A DNA stretch of 64,000 nucleotides, taken from a virus. Below, piece by piece: positions 37,896-47,891 of this stretch (position 1 is its first letter; every line of letters starts with the position of its first letter). The notes beneath the pieces were generated by a model. It was not told the origin of the DNA. It searched no databases and worked only from the letters and a program-made list of their open reading frames with translations. The stretch spans positions 32,001-96,000 of IMG/VR virus record IMGVR_UViG_3300036770_005052; one strand, given 5' to 3'. The position numbers and the translations under genes were made by a program.

Positions 37896-38453
37896 TTACC
37901 TATTTGTAATAAATCTTGCATATGGTAATTCTCTTAAAGAAGAAAATTCATATAAAGAAACTGGAAATAAAGGACTTGCAACTTCTGGATAGGTATACTG
38001 TCTTATTTTACCCCAATGATAATTAAATCCAAAAAACCCGTTTTCGGTTTTGTTTCCAGCCAATATTAGAGGATGGCGATCATAAACTATCTTTGGTGTT
38101 TTTGCATAATAAACAAAAGTATAATACTTACCAGAAGAAATGGTATTAGATTCTTTTTCCGATAAAGCTTCTATAATTGCATCCATAAGTTCTTCTGGAC
38201 TTTCAGTTCCATATAAACTGTTAACCAATCTTTGAATTCTATTTTCTGGTTTATTTTGGATTTTTGGATTTGCATTTTTATAATCCGTATCATTTTTAAT
38301 AATTTCAATTAATTTTTCTTTTGATAACTTAGAATATCCAGTAGTTTTTCCTTGACCAGATTCTCCAATATAGTAAATTGTATGGTTCTTTGCAATTTCA
38401 ACTAACTCATTTTTTGTGTATTGCTCTAAAGGCTTTTCGTATCCTGATATCAT
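37896..38453 (-). CDS. g2: gp2-like DNA end protector with N-terminal Rho-N/HeH-like extension
   Basis: GKYYTFVYYAKT...YDRHPLI...GFNYHW; synteny between g48 and g4. Confidence 0.65.
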   Translation of the reverse strand: MISGYEKPLEQYTKNELVEIAKNHTIYYIGESGQGKTTGYSKLSKEKLIEIIKNDTDYKNANPKIQNKPENRIQRLVNSLYGTESPEELMDAIIEALSEKESNTISSGKYYTFVYYAKTPKIVYDRHPLILAGNKTENGFFGFNYHWGKIRQYTYPEVASPLFPVSLYEFSSLRELPYARFITNR

Positions 38454-38890
38454 TTAATGATTCCTAATTCGTCTTCTGTAAAAATTTTAAATTCCCAATT
38501 TCTATCCTCACAAAATTCTTTAGCAGCTTTCCATTTTTCTTGGTTCTTAGCCCATTCAGTGACTTCAAAAATATATCCTTTTGTTTTTCTTTTTTGCGGA
38601 ATTGGTTCTATTGTTTGCTTTTTAGGTTTTATCTCAATAATATATTTTTTAATTTTTCCATTTGATTCTTTTACTTTAACATAAAAGTCTGGGAAGTATC
38701 TATGAATTTTTCCATCTAAAGGTGAGCGATATGGTAATGCAATTTCTTCACTTCCCCATTCAAGAACATTTTGATTCAAATCGCAATACTTCATAAATTT
38801 TCTTTCCCACAATGATCTATAACAAATATTTGTTGGATCACCCTTGTATTTTTGTGGATAAGTAGGTTTATATTTTCCCTTATATGACAT
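38450..38890 (-). CDS. g4: gp4 head completion nuclease
   Basis: KYKGDPTNICYRSLWERKFM, WGSEE, YFPDF, EIKP. Confidence 0.92.
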   Translation of the reverse strand: MSYKGKYKPTYPQKYKGDPTNICYRSLWERKFMKYCDLNQNVLEWGSEEIALPYRSPLDGKIHRYFPDFYVKVKESNGKIKKYIIEIKPKKQTIEPIPQKRKTKGYIFEVTEWAKNQEKWKAAKEFCEDRNWEFKIFTEDELGIIK

Positions 38891-38939
38891 CTAAATAGTT
38901 AATAACTAAAACTACCTTAAGGTATTTAGAGTGTCATAT
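38882..38939. promoter_or_regulatory. divergent late promoter pair (CTAAATA on each strand) within an inverted repeat
   Basis: CTAAATA at 38891-38897 (+) and 38923-38929 (-). Confidence 0.6.
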
Positions 38940-39752
38940 CCTCGTAGAATATCCGATATTAAACCTCTTTTTACAAATCTTGCCCAAACATCTCACTATG
39001 AAGTTCAATTCGGGGGTCTTAGTAGAGAATTATTGGCTTATCTTGCGGTAAGAGGAGTTGATGCTGGATTTATATATCGCGATGCGGGGCTTTTGTGTTC
39101 TTCCACAAGTATTCCAACATTTCAACTTGGATCTGGTGAAATTTATAATCACATTGGAGTTCAAGAAAAATTTGCATATTCAAAAAATTATTCACAAGTG
39201 AGTATGGAATTTTATGTTGACAACGATTATAAAATAATAAAATTTATGGAACATTGGATGGAATTCATTAGTAGTGGATCTCATAATCCAATAGATGGGG
39301 TTTCTCCTCCAGTTGGTCAAGAGTCATCAGCTTATTTTGTTAGGATGCAATATCCATCATATTATAAATCTGATTCAACAAAACTTATAAAATTTGAACG
39401 TGATTATTTTAGCGAAATAGAATATAACTTTATTGGACTTTTTCCACTGAGCATATCTTCAATGCCTGTTTCTTATACTGCTTCAAATATATTGACAATG
39501 GGTGTCACTTTTCAATTTGATCGATATATTGCTGGAAGAAAAACAAGTGACTCTATATATCAGAGCACTGATAATAATAAACAAGCTACTCAAATACAAA
39601 CACAACAAGATCCAGGAAAAGAACCTCTTGTTCCAATTTCTCCTGGTGCTGCTGGAGCAGGTGGTGTTAGATTTGTAAGAAGAGGATCTACTCCTTATGA
39701 AACTGCATCTGAACAATATTTTGATATTCAAGGAACACGCAGAGCTCCATAA
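38931..39752 (+). CDS. tail tube-like protein (gp19/gp54 family, probable tube initiator)
   Basis: LAQTSHYEV, FYVDNDY..IKFMEHWM, FPLSISSMPVSY; GTG start; synteny before g26. Confidence 0.75.
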   Translation: MSYPRRISDIKPLFTNLAQTSHYEVQFGGLSRELLAYLAVRGVDAGFIYRDAGLLCSSTSIPTFQLGSGEIYNHIGVQEKFAYSKNYSQVSMEFYVDNDYKIIKFMEHWMEFISSGSHNPIDGVSPPVGQESSAYFVRMQYPSYYKSDSTKLIKFERDYFSEIEYNFIGLFPLSISSMPVSYTASNILTMGVTFQFDRYIAGRKTSDSIYQSTDNNKQATQIQTQQDPGKEPLVPISPGAAGAGGVRFVRRGSTPYETASEQYFDIQGTRRAP

Positions 39753-39780
39753 ATAATCATACTGAACTTTGCAGGTTATT

Positions 39781-40500
39781 ATGCCTTTACCAAAAATTTC
39801 TACACCAACATATGAGTTGGAAATACCATCATTAAAAAAAACGATTAAATATAGACCTTTTCTTGTTAAAGAAGAAAAAATCTTAATCATTGCAATGGAA
39901 AGTGAAGATACAAAACAAATTGCCGAAGCGGTAAAAACAGTAATTGGAAATTGTATTCTTACACGAGGAATTAAAATTGAAAATCTGGCAACATTTGATA
40001 TTGAATACCTCTTCTTAAATATTCGTGGAAAATCAGTAGGAGAAAATGTTGATATTTTGATTACTTGTCCGGATGATGGAAAAACACAAGTTCCAGTGAG
40101 TATTAATTTGGATGAAATAAAAGTACAAATTGGAAAAGATCATTCTAGAGATATAAAGCTTGATGATAAATTAATTCTTCGAATGAAATATCCATCCATG
40201 GAAGAATTCATTAAAAGTAATTTTTTAAATGAAAATAGTATTAGTGTAGATGATACTTTTGATTTAATATGTTCATGTATTGAGCAAGTTTATGATGAAG
40301 AAGAATCATGGGCAGCATCTGATTTTACAAAAAAAGAACTTGTTGAATTTTTGGAGCAATTAACTTCAAATCAGTTTAAATTAATTGAGAAATTTTTTGA
40401 AACAATGCCAAAACTTTCTCACACTTTAACAATTAAAAATCCAAATACAGAAAATGAAAATACAATCGTATTGGAGGGTTTATCAAGTTTTTTCGCCTAG
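39781..40500 (+). CDS. g26: gp26 baseplate hub/tail assembly chaperone
   Basis: MPLPKI, YRPFLVKEEKIL, FDIEYLFLNIRGKSVGE, FFETMPKL; late promoter at 39749-39755. Confidence 0.92.
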   Translation: MPLPKISTPTYELEIPSLKKTIKYRPFLVKEEKILIIAMESEDTKQIAEAVKTVIGNCILTRGIKIENLATFDIEYLFLNIRGKSVGENVDILITCPDDGKTQVPVSINLDEIKVQIGKDHSRDIKLDDKLILRMKYPSMEEFIKSNFLNENSISVDDTFDLICSCIEQVYDEEESWAASDFTKKELVEFLEQLTSNQFKLIEKFFETMPKLSHTLTIKNPNTENENTIVLEGLSSFFA

Positions 40501-40527
40501 CGATGGCGCATGAAAATCTTGCGTCAT
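40473..40527 (+). other. predicted -1 programmed ribosomal frameshift signal joining g26 to g51
   Basis: Internal SD GGAGGG, slippery heptamer T TTT TTC (40488-40494), 8-nt spacer, 8-bp hairpin; -1 frame is open into g51. Confidence 0.65.
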
Positions 40528-40676
40528 ACTATAAAACAAATTTTGCTTTAATTCAGCATCATAAATATTCTTTGACAGAATTAGAAAATATGATACCTTG
40601 GGAAAGGGAAGTTTATATTTCTCTTCTCCAGCAGTATATTGAAGAAGAAAACCTAAAGAATCAAACGAATGGCTGA
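40503..40676 (+). CDS. g51: gp51 baseplate hub assembly protein, 57 aa
   Basis: YYKTNFALIQHHKYSLTELENMIPWEREVY; below the ORF-track length cutoff. Confidence 0.88.
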   Translation: MAHENLASYYKTNFALIQHHKYSLTELENMIPWEREVYISLLQQYIEEENLKNQTNG

Positions 40677-42417
40677 GGTTGATTTAAATTCGGTTGCTAC
40701 TGCTGGGGTTGATCCAATTACAGGATCTCCTTTATCTAAAGAAGTGCGTCAAGCAATATTTAATAAAACAAGAATTTCTAGCTCAGCCTTCACATCAGAT
40801 AGTAGATTTGTATCACAATATACTCAAGATAATAATAAAAATTTAGAACTTATTGAAAATAATAGGCAATCATTAATAACTCTTGATTCACAGATTCAAA
40901 ATTTAAATCAACAAATTGTAAATTTAAATTCTGGATTAGATAAAATTTCTACATTATTGCAGGAAGATAGTTTTGCCGACCAAAAGAGAATTAATGATCA
41001 ACTTGAAAAAGAAAGAAGATATGCCGAACAAAAAATAAGAATTGGAAAAGAGAATGAAGTTGAAAATAAAATACAATCTGCTGTTTTACTTCCAGTACAA
41101 AGGATAGCACCAAAGGTTGAAAATATTTTTGATAATACTAAACGAGCATTATTAATTCTTTTTAGTGGATGGTTAACAAACGAAATAGTTAAATTATTTG
41201 ATGCAAAGCAAAGAGGAGATACTGATAGTCTAAGAGATATTAAAAATAATATCTTAAAACATTTAGGTATAGCTGGAGGAATTTTATTAGCTATTAATGG
41301 TGGATTTAGTGTTATTATTAAAACAATGGGAACCGTTATTACAAAGGTATCATCATTAATTGGGAAAACAATTACCGCACCATTTAAAGCAACTGCAGAT
41401 GCTGCAAAAAGTATTTTTAAAAAATCTCCAAAAACAAGCAATATTAAAGGAGAGGCTTCTGCTACGGAAAGAAGTATTGCATCATCTGCGGAAAAGGGAA
41501 TTGGAAGTAAAGTCTTATCAGGAACTGGAAAGGCATTAACATCAGTTGGTGGTGCAGCTCTTACTACATTTTTTGGAGTTTCTGAGTTTAAAGAAAGAAA
41601 GTCTGAAGGACAAACAAATATTGAAGCTGGCGCCGGAACTGCTGGAAGTTTATATGGTTCTAGTCTTGCAACTGGATTTGCATCTAAATTACCGTTACCT
41701 CCTATCATTAAATTTCCATTGATGATTGGTGCTGGAATTGGTGGATGGATGGGAGGTGGAAAACTAGTAGATACTTTTACTGGTGCAAATCAACCAAAAT
41801 TATCTGAAGATGTAAAAAGCACATCTCCACCACCTTTACCTCAACCAAAATCATCTAAAGAAGCTTCCGTTACTTCTATTATTCCACCGTTATCATCAAA
41901 AGAAAATAATGCACCTCAGGTTATTCAACCTTCAACAAATCAATTGAGTGCAACTAAAATTCAACCACAAACTCCATTGGCATCAGAAGTTGCTAATTTT
42001 TCTTTTGGAATTGATAAATCTAATCAAATTAACACAAATTTTGAAGGACTTGAAAGTTCTTTCACTTCAAAAAATCAACCTCAAGAAATTGAAAATGTAA
42101 GCAATAATAATAAGTTATCTCAATCATTCTTTGAAACTCAATCTCAAACTTCTAAAAAAGATGATAATAAATTTAGTGCAAATATAGAACCTTTGCAAAT
42201 TAATAATATACCAAAACAAGCTCCTAATATTGGAACTTTACCGGAGCCAAAGCCAAACGTTATTGTTGCACAAAGTTCTCAACCAAAAAATCAAATGCCA
42301 ATTCAATCATCCTCACAAAGTGATGAAAGTGTAACTGATATTCCATTGATAAAATCATCAAATCCAGATAATTTTTATATATTATATTCACAATTAAATT
42401 ATAACGTGGTAACGTAA
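40669..42417 (+). CDS. tape-measure/baseplate hub-like virion protein
   Basis: Coiled coil, Gly/Ala-rich hydrophobic segments, P/S/Q-rich tail; follows g26-g51. Confidence 0.55.
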   Translation: MAEVDLNSVATAGVDPITGSPLSKEVRQAIFNKTRISSSAFTSDSRFVSQYTQDNNKNLELIENNRQSLITLDSQIQNLNQQIVNLNSGLDKISTLLQEDSFADQKRINDQLEKERRYAEQKIRIGKENEVENKIQSAVLLPVQRIAPKVENIFDNTKRALLILFSGWLTNEIVKLFDAKQRGDTDSLRDIKNNILKHLGIAGGILLAINGGFSVIIKTMGTVITKVSSLIGKTITAPFKATADAAKSIFKKSPKTSNIKGEASATERSIASSAEKGIGSKVLSGTGKALTSVGGAALTTFFGVSEFKERKSEGQTNIEAGAGTAGSLYGSSLATGFASKLPLPPIIKFPLMIGAGIGGWMGGGKLVDTFTGANQPKLSEDVKSTSPPPLPQPKSSKEASVTSIIPPLSSKENNAPQVIQPSTNQLSATKIQPQTPLASEVANFSFGIDKSNQINTNFEGLESSFTSKNQPQEIENVSNNNKLSQSFFETQSQTSKKDDNKFSANIEPLQINNIPKQAPNIGTLPEPKPNVIVAQSSQPKNQMPIQSSSQSDESVTDIPLIKSSNPDNFYILYSQLNYNVVT

Positions 42418-42418
42418 T

Positions 42419-44410
42419 ATGGCTATATCTGATTCCCTTAGAATTTCTATACTATCCTCACAAAATGTAGGTAGATCTGTTAGTCAATCAAAATCACAAT
42501 TATTAAGATCAAATATTTCTTTAAATAAAATATCTCAAGTTATATCAAATAATACCAAACAAAAAGAAAGTATTGCGTATAAATCAAATATTTTAGATTT
42601 AAAAAGGAGAGAAGCATCTAAAAGAAAAGAAATAGAAGATAGAATTGAAGCTTCTAATGTTACTACAAATGCATTTTCTTATTCTGCTCGTTCTATAGTT
42701 AATTCTACTTCTGGTGGTCCACTAAAACGTTTAATTTCATTTCTTGGTTTTATAACTGCTGGTTGGCTAGTTGAAAATCTACCAACAATTATTTTTACCG
42801 GAAAAGAATTTATTTCCAGAGTATTAAAACTTTCTAATTTAATAACATCTTTTGTAAGTAATACATTTTCAATTATTACTAATTTTGGTTATTTACTTCA
42901 AAGCGTATCTTCAAATATTTTATCTCTTGATTTTACTGATAAATCAGAAAAAATTAAAAATTCATTTAATGAATTGAATTTATCAATAGAATCTGTAAAT
43001 AATGATATAATAAACGCTTATAAGTTATTAACCGCTCCACTTACACAATCTTCTGATGTTGAAGAAGAGGCTCCCGATTCTTTATACCCACAACCATATC
43101 AACCACCAGGACAACAATCTTCTTCTGGATCTGGTGGTTTTGGTGGATCCGGTCTTTCAAAAGGCACTCAAATCGCAAAGAGATTGCAAAAAGATCTAGG
43201 ACTTAAAGATTATCAAGCCTCTGCGGTTGTTGGAAATTTATTACAAGAAAATACCAATCTAGTTCCAGATTTACTTGAAGGTAGTAAAAAAGGTCTTTTA
43301 ACTGATGCGATGAGAAAGGGTATTGGGTATGGATGGGCACAATGGACAGATCCTGGTAGACAAAAAGAATTATATCAACTTGCTCAAAGTATGGGAGTCG
43401 ATCCTTCTAAACAACCTTTAACTGATGAAATTAATTATGCGATGTTAGTTAGAGAACTTCCAAGATATGATAGTGGTGGTAGATTTCGCAATTCAAAGAG
43501 CATAGAAGAAGCATCGAATTGGATTTTATTTCAATATGAAAATCCTGCAGATAAAAGTGCTAGGGAACAAAGTGAAAGAATTAATGATAGTAAAAAAGTT
43601 TTTCAAACATTAAAATCTGCCCCATCATCAACTATATCACAAACACCAACAGCACCACCAAGACCAATATCTACTGGAACAATGAATTTGATTCCACAAA
43701 CTGGAGCGGGTGGTTTTATTCAAGGTGGTTCTGGATCAAATGAAATGAGCTATGCTACACATTTTCATTTAGATTATAAATCTAAAACAAATGATCCATC
43801 AATTCTTTCTAGAATACGTGAAGTAGCATTCCATGCAGTAAAATCAATGTTTGCTAGAGGATCTACTGTTTATTTTGGAAACTTAGGACAGTTTGCATCT
43901 AAAAATGATATTGCTCTCAAAAATCAAATTATGGCAGAGCAAAAAGCTCATGGAGCTAGAAGCACTATGTCTGTTGATATACAAGAGCAAAATCGATCAA
44001 TTCAAAGAACTTTTCCATCTCAACCAGGCTCTGCATCAAAGTTCCCTTTTCAGGTTGGAGCTGTTTATTGGAGAGGTGGATATGGAAGAGAAGCAGAAAT
44101 TATAGGAAGTGGTGGAATAACAGTATCTCATGGTGCTGCTGGTTCTAAAGGTGTAGAAAGTTTTCCTACATCTAGAACAACAAAACCAGATTTATATCCC
44201 ACAGTAAAAACAGAAATACCTAAAACTATAACTCCAGAAAGACAGGGACAACAAGTTTTAATTGTAGATGTTCCTTCTTCAGATCAACAAGTAAAACCAC
44301 AAACACAAATGGTGAGTAAAAAAGAACAATATTCTCAAGAAATTGATGAGATTTATTTGTTAAATAAATTTATAAAACAGAAATTTTTGCTAGAATTAGC
44401 TTATCTATAA
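42419..44410 (+). CDS. tape-measure-like protein with phage tail lysozyme domain
   Basis: ASAVVGNLLQEN...GYGWAQWT..R...YENP; N-terminal layout resembles the preceding ORF. Confidence 0.7.
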   Translation: MAISDSLRISILSSQNVGRSVSQSKSQLLRSNISLNKISQVISNNTKQKESIAYKSNILDLKRREASKRKEIEDRIEASNVTTNAFSYSARSIVNSTSGGPLKRLISFLGFITAGWLVENLPTIIFTGKEFISRVLKLSNLITSFVSNTFSIITNFGYLLQSVSSNILSLDFTDKSEKIKNSFNELNLSIESVNNDIINAYKLLTAPLTQSSDVEEEAPDSLYPQPYQPPGQQSSSGSGGFGGSGLSKGTQIAKRLQKDLGLKDYQASAVVGNLLQENTNLVPDLLEGSKKGLLTDAMRKGIGYGWAQWTDPGRQKELYQLAQSMGVDPSKQPLTDEINYAMLVRELPRYDSGGRFRNSKSIEEASNWILFQYENPADKSAREQSERINDSKKVFQTLKSAPSSTISQTPTAPPRPISTGTMNLIPQTGAGGFIQGGSGSNEMSYATHFHLDYKSKTNDPSILSRIREVAFHAVKSMFARGSTVYFGNLGQFASKNDIALKNQIMAEQKAHGARSTMSVDIQEQNRSIQRTFPSQPGSASKFPFQVGAVYWRGGYGREAEIIGSGGITVSHGAAGSKGVESFPTSRTTKPDLYPTVKTEIPKTITPERQGQQVLIVDVPSSDQQVKPQTQMVSKKEQYSQEIDEIYLLNKFIKQKFLLELAYL

Positions 44411-45741
44411 TGTCAATAAAAAGATCAGTATTTGAAGGGTTTATTTTAGAATCAAACGATCAGAAAAGAACAGTTGATATTACTTCTGGTGCAATTGTTT
44501 TTGAATATTTTGAAGATATTTTTTCACCAACAATTACTGCAAAAGTAAAAGTAGTTAATACTGGAAACGTAATACCTTCTGAAAAAAATTCTGATGGTGT
44601 TAAACAATCAATTTACAATGGCCTTCCTCTTCGTGGTGGTGAAAGGTTGTCTATAAAAATATCTGGTAACAGTGAAAAAAATCCAGGATTAGATTTTTCA
44701 AAAAAAGTTGAAGATTATTTTTATGTATCAAGTATTACAGATGTAATTTCAGAAACGCAAAAAGAAAGTTTTACGTTACATTTAGTTTCTAGAGAAGCAA
44801 TTACCAACGAAACATCTAGAATTCCAAAAAAATATCCTACATCATCAAGTATTGATACTTCAGTTAGAAAAATATTAACAGAATATTTAAAAACTAATAA
44901 ATTTGGAATAATTGATAAAACATCCAATAAGTATGGATTTATTGGCAATATGCGAAAACCATTTACGATTTTAATATGGCTAGCATCAAAATCTGTACCA
45001 GTATCATCTGGGGATGGTACTGCAGGATTTTTATTCTACCAAACAGTAGATGGATTTCAATTCAGATCAATTGATGGATTGATTGACCAAGAACCAAAGG
45101 CAATTTACACATATAGTGAAGCTACAGTTACATATGATTCCGAAAATACAAAAAATGATAATGATTTTAAAATATTAAATTATATTGTTGATAGGAATCA
45201 AAATTTAATTGAAAAATTAAGAACCGGGACGTATTCGAGTCAAAGATTATTTTTTAATCCATTGGACTTTAATTTTTCAAACAGTGTATTTAAATTAAGT
45301 GATTATATCAAAAAAACAAATAATCTTGGATCAGAAATAAAATTGCCGAAAATTTCAAATAGTTCCAACATTGGTCTAGGTGATATTCCAACAAGAATTA
45401 TGAGCCAAATTATTGATATTGGTATTATGGATCCTGATGTTTCTACCAAACCAAATGCAGATCCAGGAAAATATCAATCTCAAGCCTTAATGAGATACAA
45501 TATTTTATTTACTCAATCTTTAAGTATCATAGTACCATCAAATACTAATTTGAGAGCAGGTGATATTATTGAATGCAATTTCCCAAAAATTTCTGAAAGT
45601 GATTCAAAAGAATATGATCCAGAAACAAGCGGTCTATATATGATAAAAGAATTATGCCATCATTTTGATGTTGAAAGATCATATACATCAATGAAACTTG
45701 TTAGAGATACTTTTGGACCAAAATCGAACACAAAAAAATGA
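44410..45741 (+). CDS. baseplate hub protein (gp27-like)
   Basis: YFEDIFSPTITA, LPLRGGE, FYQTVDGFQFRSID, SGLYMIKELCH; directly before g5. Confidence 0.65.
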   Translation: MSIKRSVFEGFILESNDQKRTVDITSGAIVFEYFEDIFSPTITAKVKVVNTGNVIPSEKNSDGVKQSIYNGLPLRGGERLSIKISGNSEKNPGLDFSKKVEDYFYVSSITDVISETQKESFTLHLVSREAITNETSRIPKKYPTSSSIDTSVRKILTEYLKTNKFGIIDKTSNKYGFIGNMRKPFTILIWLASKSVPVSSGDGTAGFLFYQTVDGFQFRSIDGLIDQEPKAIYTYSEATVTYDSENTKNDNDFKILNYIVDRNQNLIEKLRTGTYSSQRLFFNPLDFNFSNSVFKLSDYIKKTNNLGSEIKLPKISNSSNIGLGDIPTRIMSQIIDIGIMDPDVSTKPNADPGKYQSQALMRYNILFTQSLSIIVPSNTNLRAGDIIECNFPKISESDSKEYDPETSGLYMIKELCHHFDVERSYTSMKLVRDTFGPKSNTKK

Positions 45742-47891
45742 TAGATCAATCATTACTTCAAAGTAATTTTATAGGAAGAGATGGATTTAAATGGTGGGTT
45801 GGACAAATTCCACCAATTGATTCTAATGGAAAGCAGTCAAATGGTGGCGGTTGGGGAAATAGAACAAAGGTTCGTATTTTTGGTTATCACCCTTACAATA
45901 CCACTGACCTTTCAAATGATGATCTTCCATGGGCTCAGATTCTTTTACCAACGACCTCTGGATCTGGTGGAGCAAATTATGCAGTAAATCCAAAACTTAG
46001 ACCTGGGGATGTTGTTTTTGGCTTTTTTCTTGATGGAGATAATGCACAAACTCCAGTAATTATTGGTTGTTTTGGTAGAACTGATCAAGTACCAAGTAAC
46101 GAATTTATAGCCCCATTTGTACCCTTTACTGGTTATACTAATAAAGTTTCTAGACCTAATGGATCTTTATATCCAAGTGAAGCAAGTGAAGATAATACTA
46201 AAGCTCAAAAATCCCCAAGAGATGTTCCCCCTTCGGTTATTGAAAAAATAAATTCCACAAAAGAAACTAAGGATGAGATTCCTTATTTTACTGGAGTTGG
46301 AAAAAAGATTGTATTTGCAAATACTTGCGATGATACTGCAATTAAAGGAATAATATCAGAAGTTACAAATTTATTAGATAAAGTACAAAATGGGTTAAGT
46401 AAAGTATTAAATGTTGCAAATGAAATAAGTCGTTCTGTTGAAAAAATAGTTTCAATTGCAAATAATATTGTTGGACAAATGTTCAATTCTCTTTATAATG
46501 CTTTAATACCAGTTCTTCAGAAAGGTCTAGATTTATTATATAAACAAGTTTATGCAAAAGTTCTTGCATTAACTTCAAATCCAATCGCAGCTCATTTAGC
46601 TGGAGTAGCAGCTCAAACTGCAATGGTTCCACCTGTTAAAACTCTAGAGCAAGCAATTCCTTGCGTAGCATCAAATGTTGTTAATGCTCTTGGTGGAGTT
46701 GTAAAAGATCTTTTAAATTCTGTTTTAAAAAATGTTGAAAATTTTGTTACATGTGTGGGTACTCAATTTGCAGGGACACTTATTAATCAAATTATAGAAA
46801 GCATTATGAGTGGTCTTTCGGGAGCTTTAAATGGTGTATCCAAAATATTATCTCCAGCATTTAATATTGTAAGTTTTTTACGTAGTGGAATTGATATTAT
46901 TAAATCAATTGGAGGATTATTTGATTGTAATCAATCCAAAACCAAATGTTCTGGTTTAGTCAAAGAATGGACAATTGGAAAAGGTGCAAAAAGTAGTGAA
47001 AATGAAAATGATTTGTTCAATAAAATAGTAAATGATATGAATGTTTCGGGATCTATTGGTCAAATTGATTTTGACCCATTTAATAAAGTAAGGAATGCAT
47101 CATTATATGATCCATTGGGATCATGTTATGTTGGAGAACCCATTTCTTGTGGTCCCCCTAAAGTTAAAATATTTGGTGGTGGTGGTTCAGGTGCAGTAGC
47201 CACTGCAATTTTAGGATCTTTTGCCAATAATATTTTGGGTGACGGTACAATTACTAGTCAAAGAACCGCCAGTATTATAGGAGTTAGACTTGACAATCCA
47301 GGTTCTGGTTATAGATACCCTCCTTTTGTAGAATTTGTTGATAATTGTAATCAAGGTTATGGTGCTGTTGCCAGATCATTAATAAATGAAAATGGGGAAA
47401 TAACTCAAATTTATATGGTTTCTGAAGGTGAGAACTATCCAGTTGGTGAAATTAATATAGACTCTTCTTCTCCTATTGCAGAAACAGATCCACAATATAA
47501 TACTTATGGCGTTATTAAAGTTTCTGTTGTGGATGGTGGTAGAGAATATTCGGCTATAGATTTTGGCACAGATGATTATGGAAATGTTTATAATTTAACA
47601 ATAGATGAAGAGACAGGTTCTATAATTAGTGCTGAGCCAGAATTACGACCATTAGTTAATCCTGAAGATTCTGGAGTTCCTTTACCAAATTCCCAATCCC
47701 CAGAACAAACTGTTATTAGAACTTTAATACCTTCGGAAGGTAGAGAAATAAATACTAATATAATATCAGATTTACCAGTTATAACAGTTAAATCTAAAAC
47801 TGGGGTTGGGGCAGTATTAAAGCCAATTATTGGTCAGATTTCAAATTCTCCTCAAGGAGAACTCAAAATAGTTGTTGATTGTGTAACATAA
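45738..47891 (+). CDS. g5: gp5 N-terminal (OB-fold) baseplate hub protein
   Basis: FKWWVGQI, KVRIFGYH, LPWAQ, VFGFFLDGDNAQTPVIIG. Confidence 0.85.
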   Translation: MIDQSLLQSNFIGRDGFKWWVGQIPPIDSNGKQSNGGGWGNRTKVRIFGYHPYNTTDLSNDDLPWAQILLPTTSGSGGANYAVNPKLRPGDVVFGFFLDGDNAQTPVIIGCFGRTDQVPSNEFIAPFVPFTGYTNKVSRPNGSLYPSEASEDNTKAQKSPRDVPPSVIEKINSTKETKDEIPYFTGVGKKIVFANTCDDTAIKGIISEVTNLLDKVQNGLSKVLNVANEISRSVEKIVSIANNIVGQMFNSLYNALIPVLQKGLDLLYKQVYAKVLALTSNPIAAHLAGVAAQTAMVPPVKTLEQAIPCVASNVVNALGGVVKDLLNSVLKNVENFVTCVGTQFAGTLINQIIESIMSGLSGALNGVSKILSPAFNIVSFLRSGIDIIKSIGGLFDCNQSKTKCSGLVKEWTIGKGAKSSENENDLFNKIVNDMNVSGSIGQIDFDPFNKVRNASLYDPLGSCYVGEPISCGPPKVKIFGGGGSGAVATAILGSFANNILGDGTITSQRTASIIGVRLDNPGSGYRYPPFVEFVDNCNQGYGAVARSLINENGEITQIYMVSEGENYPVGEINIDSSSPIAETDPQYNTYGVIKVSVVDGGREYSAIDFGTDDYGNVYNLTIDEETGSIISAEPELRPLVNPEDSGVPLPNSQSPEQTVIRTLIPSEGREINTNIISDLPVITVKSKTGVGAVLKPIIGQISNSPQGELKIVVDCVT

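Noticed and set aside
40998-41708. Long antisense ORFs (also 22381-23004 and 33200-33676)
   Set aside because: Fully overlap well-supported genes; no motifs or expression signals seen
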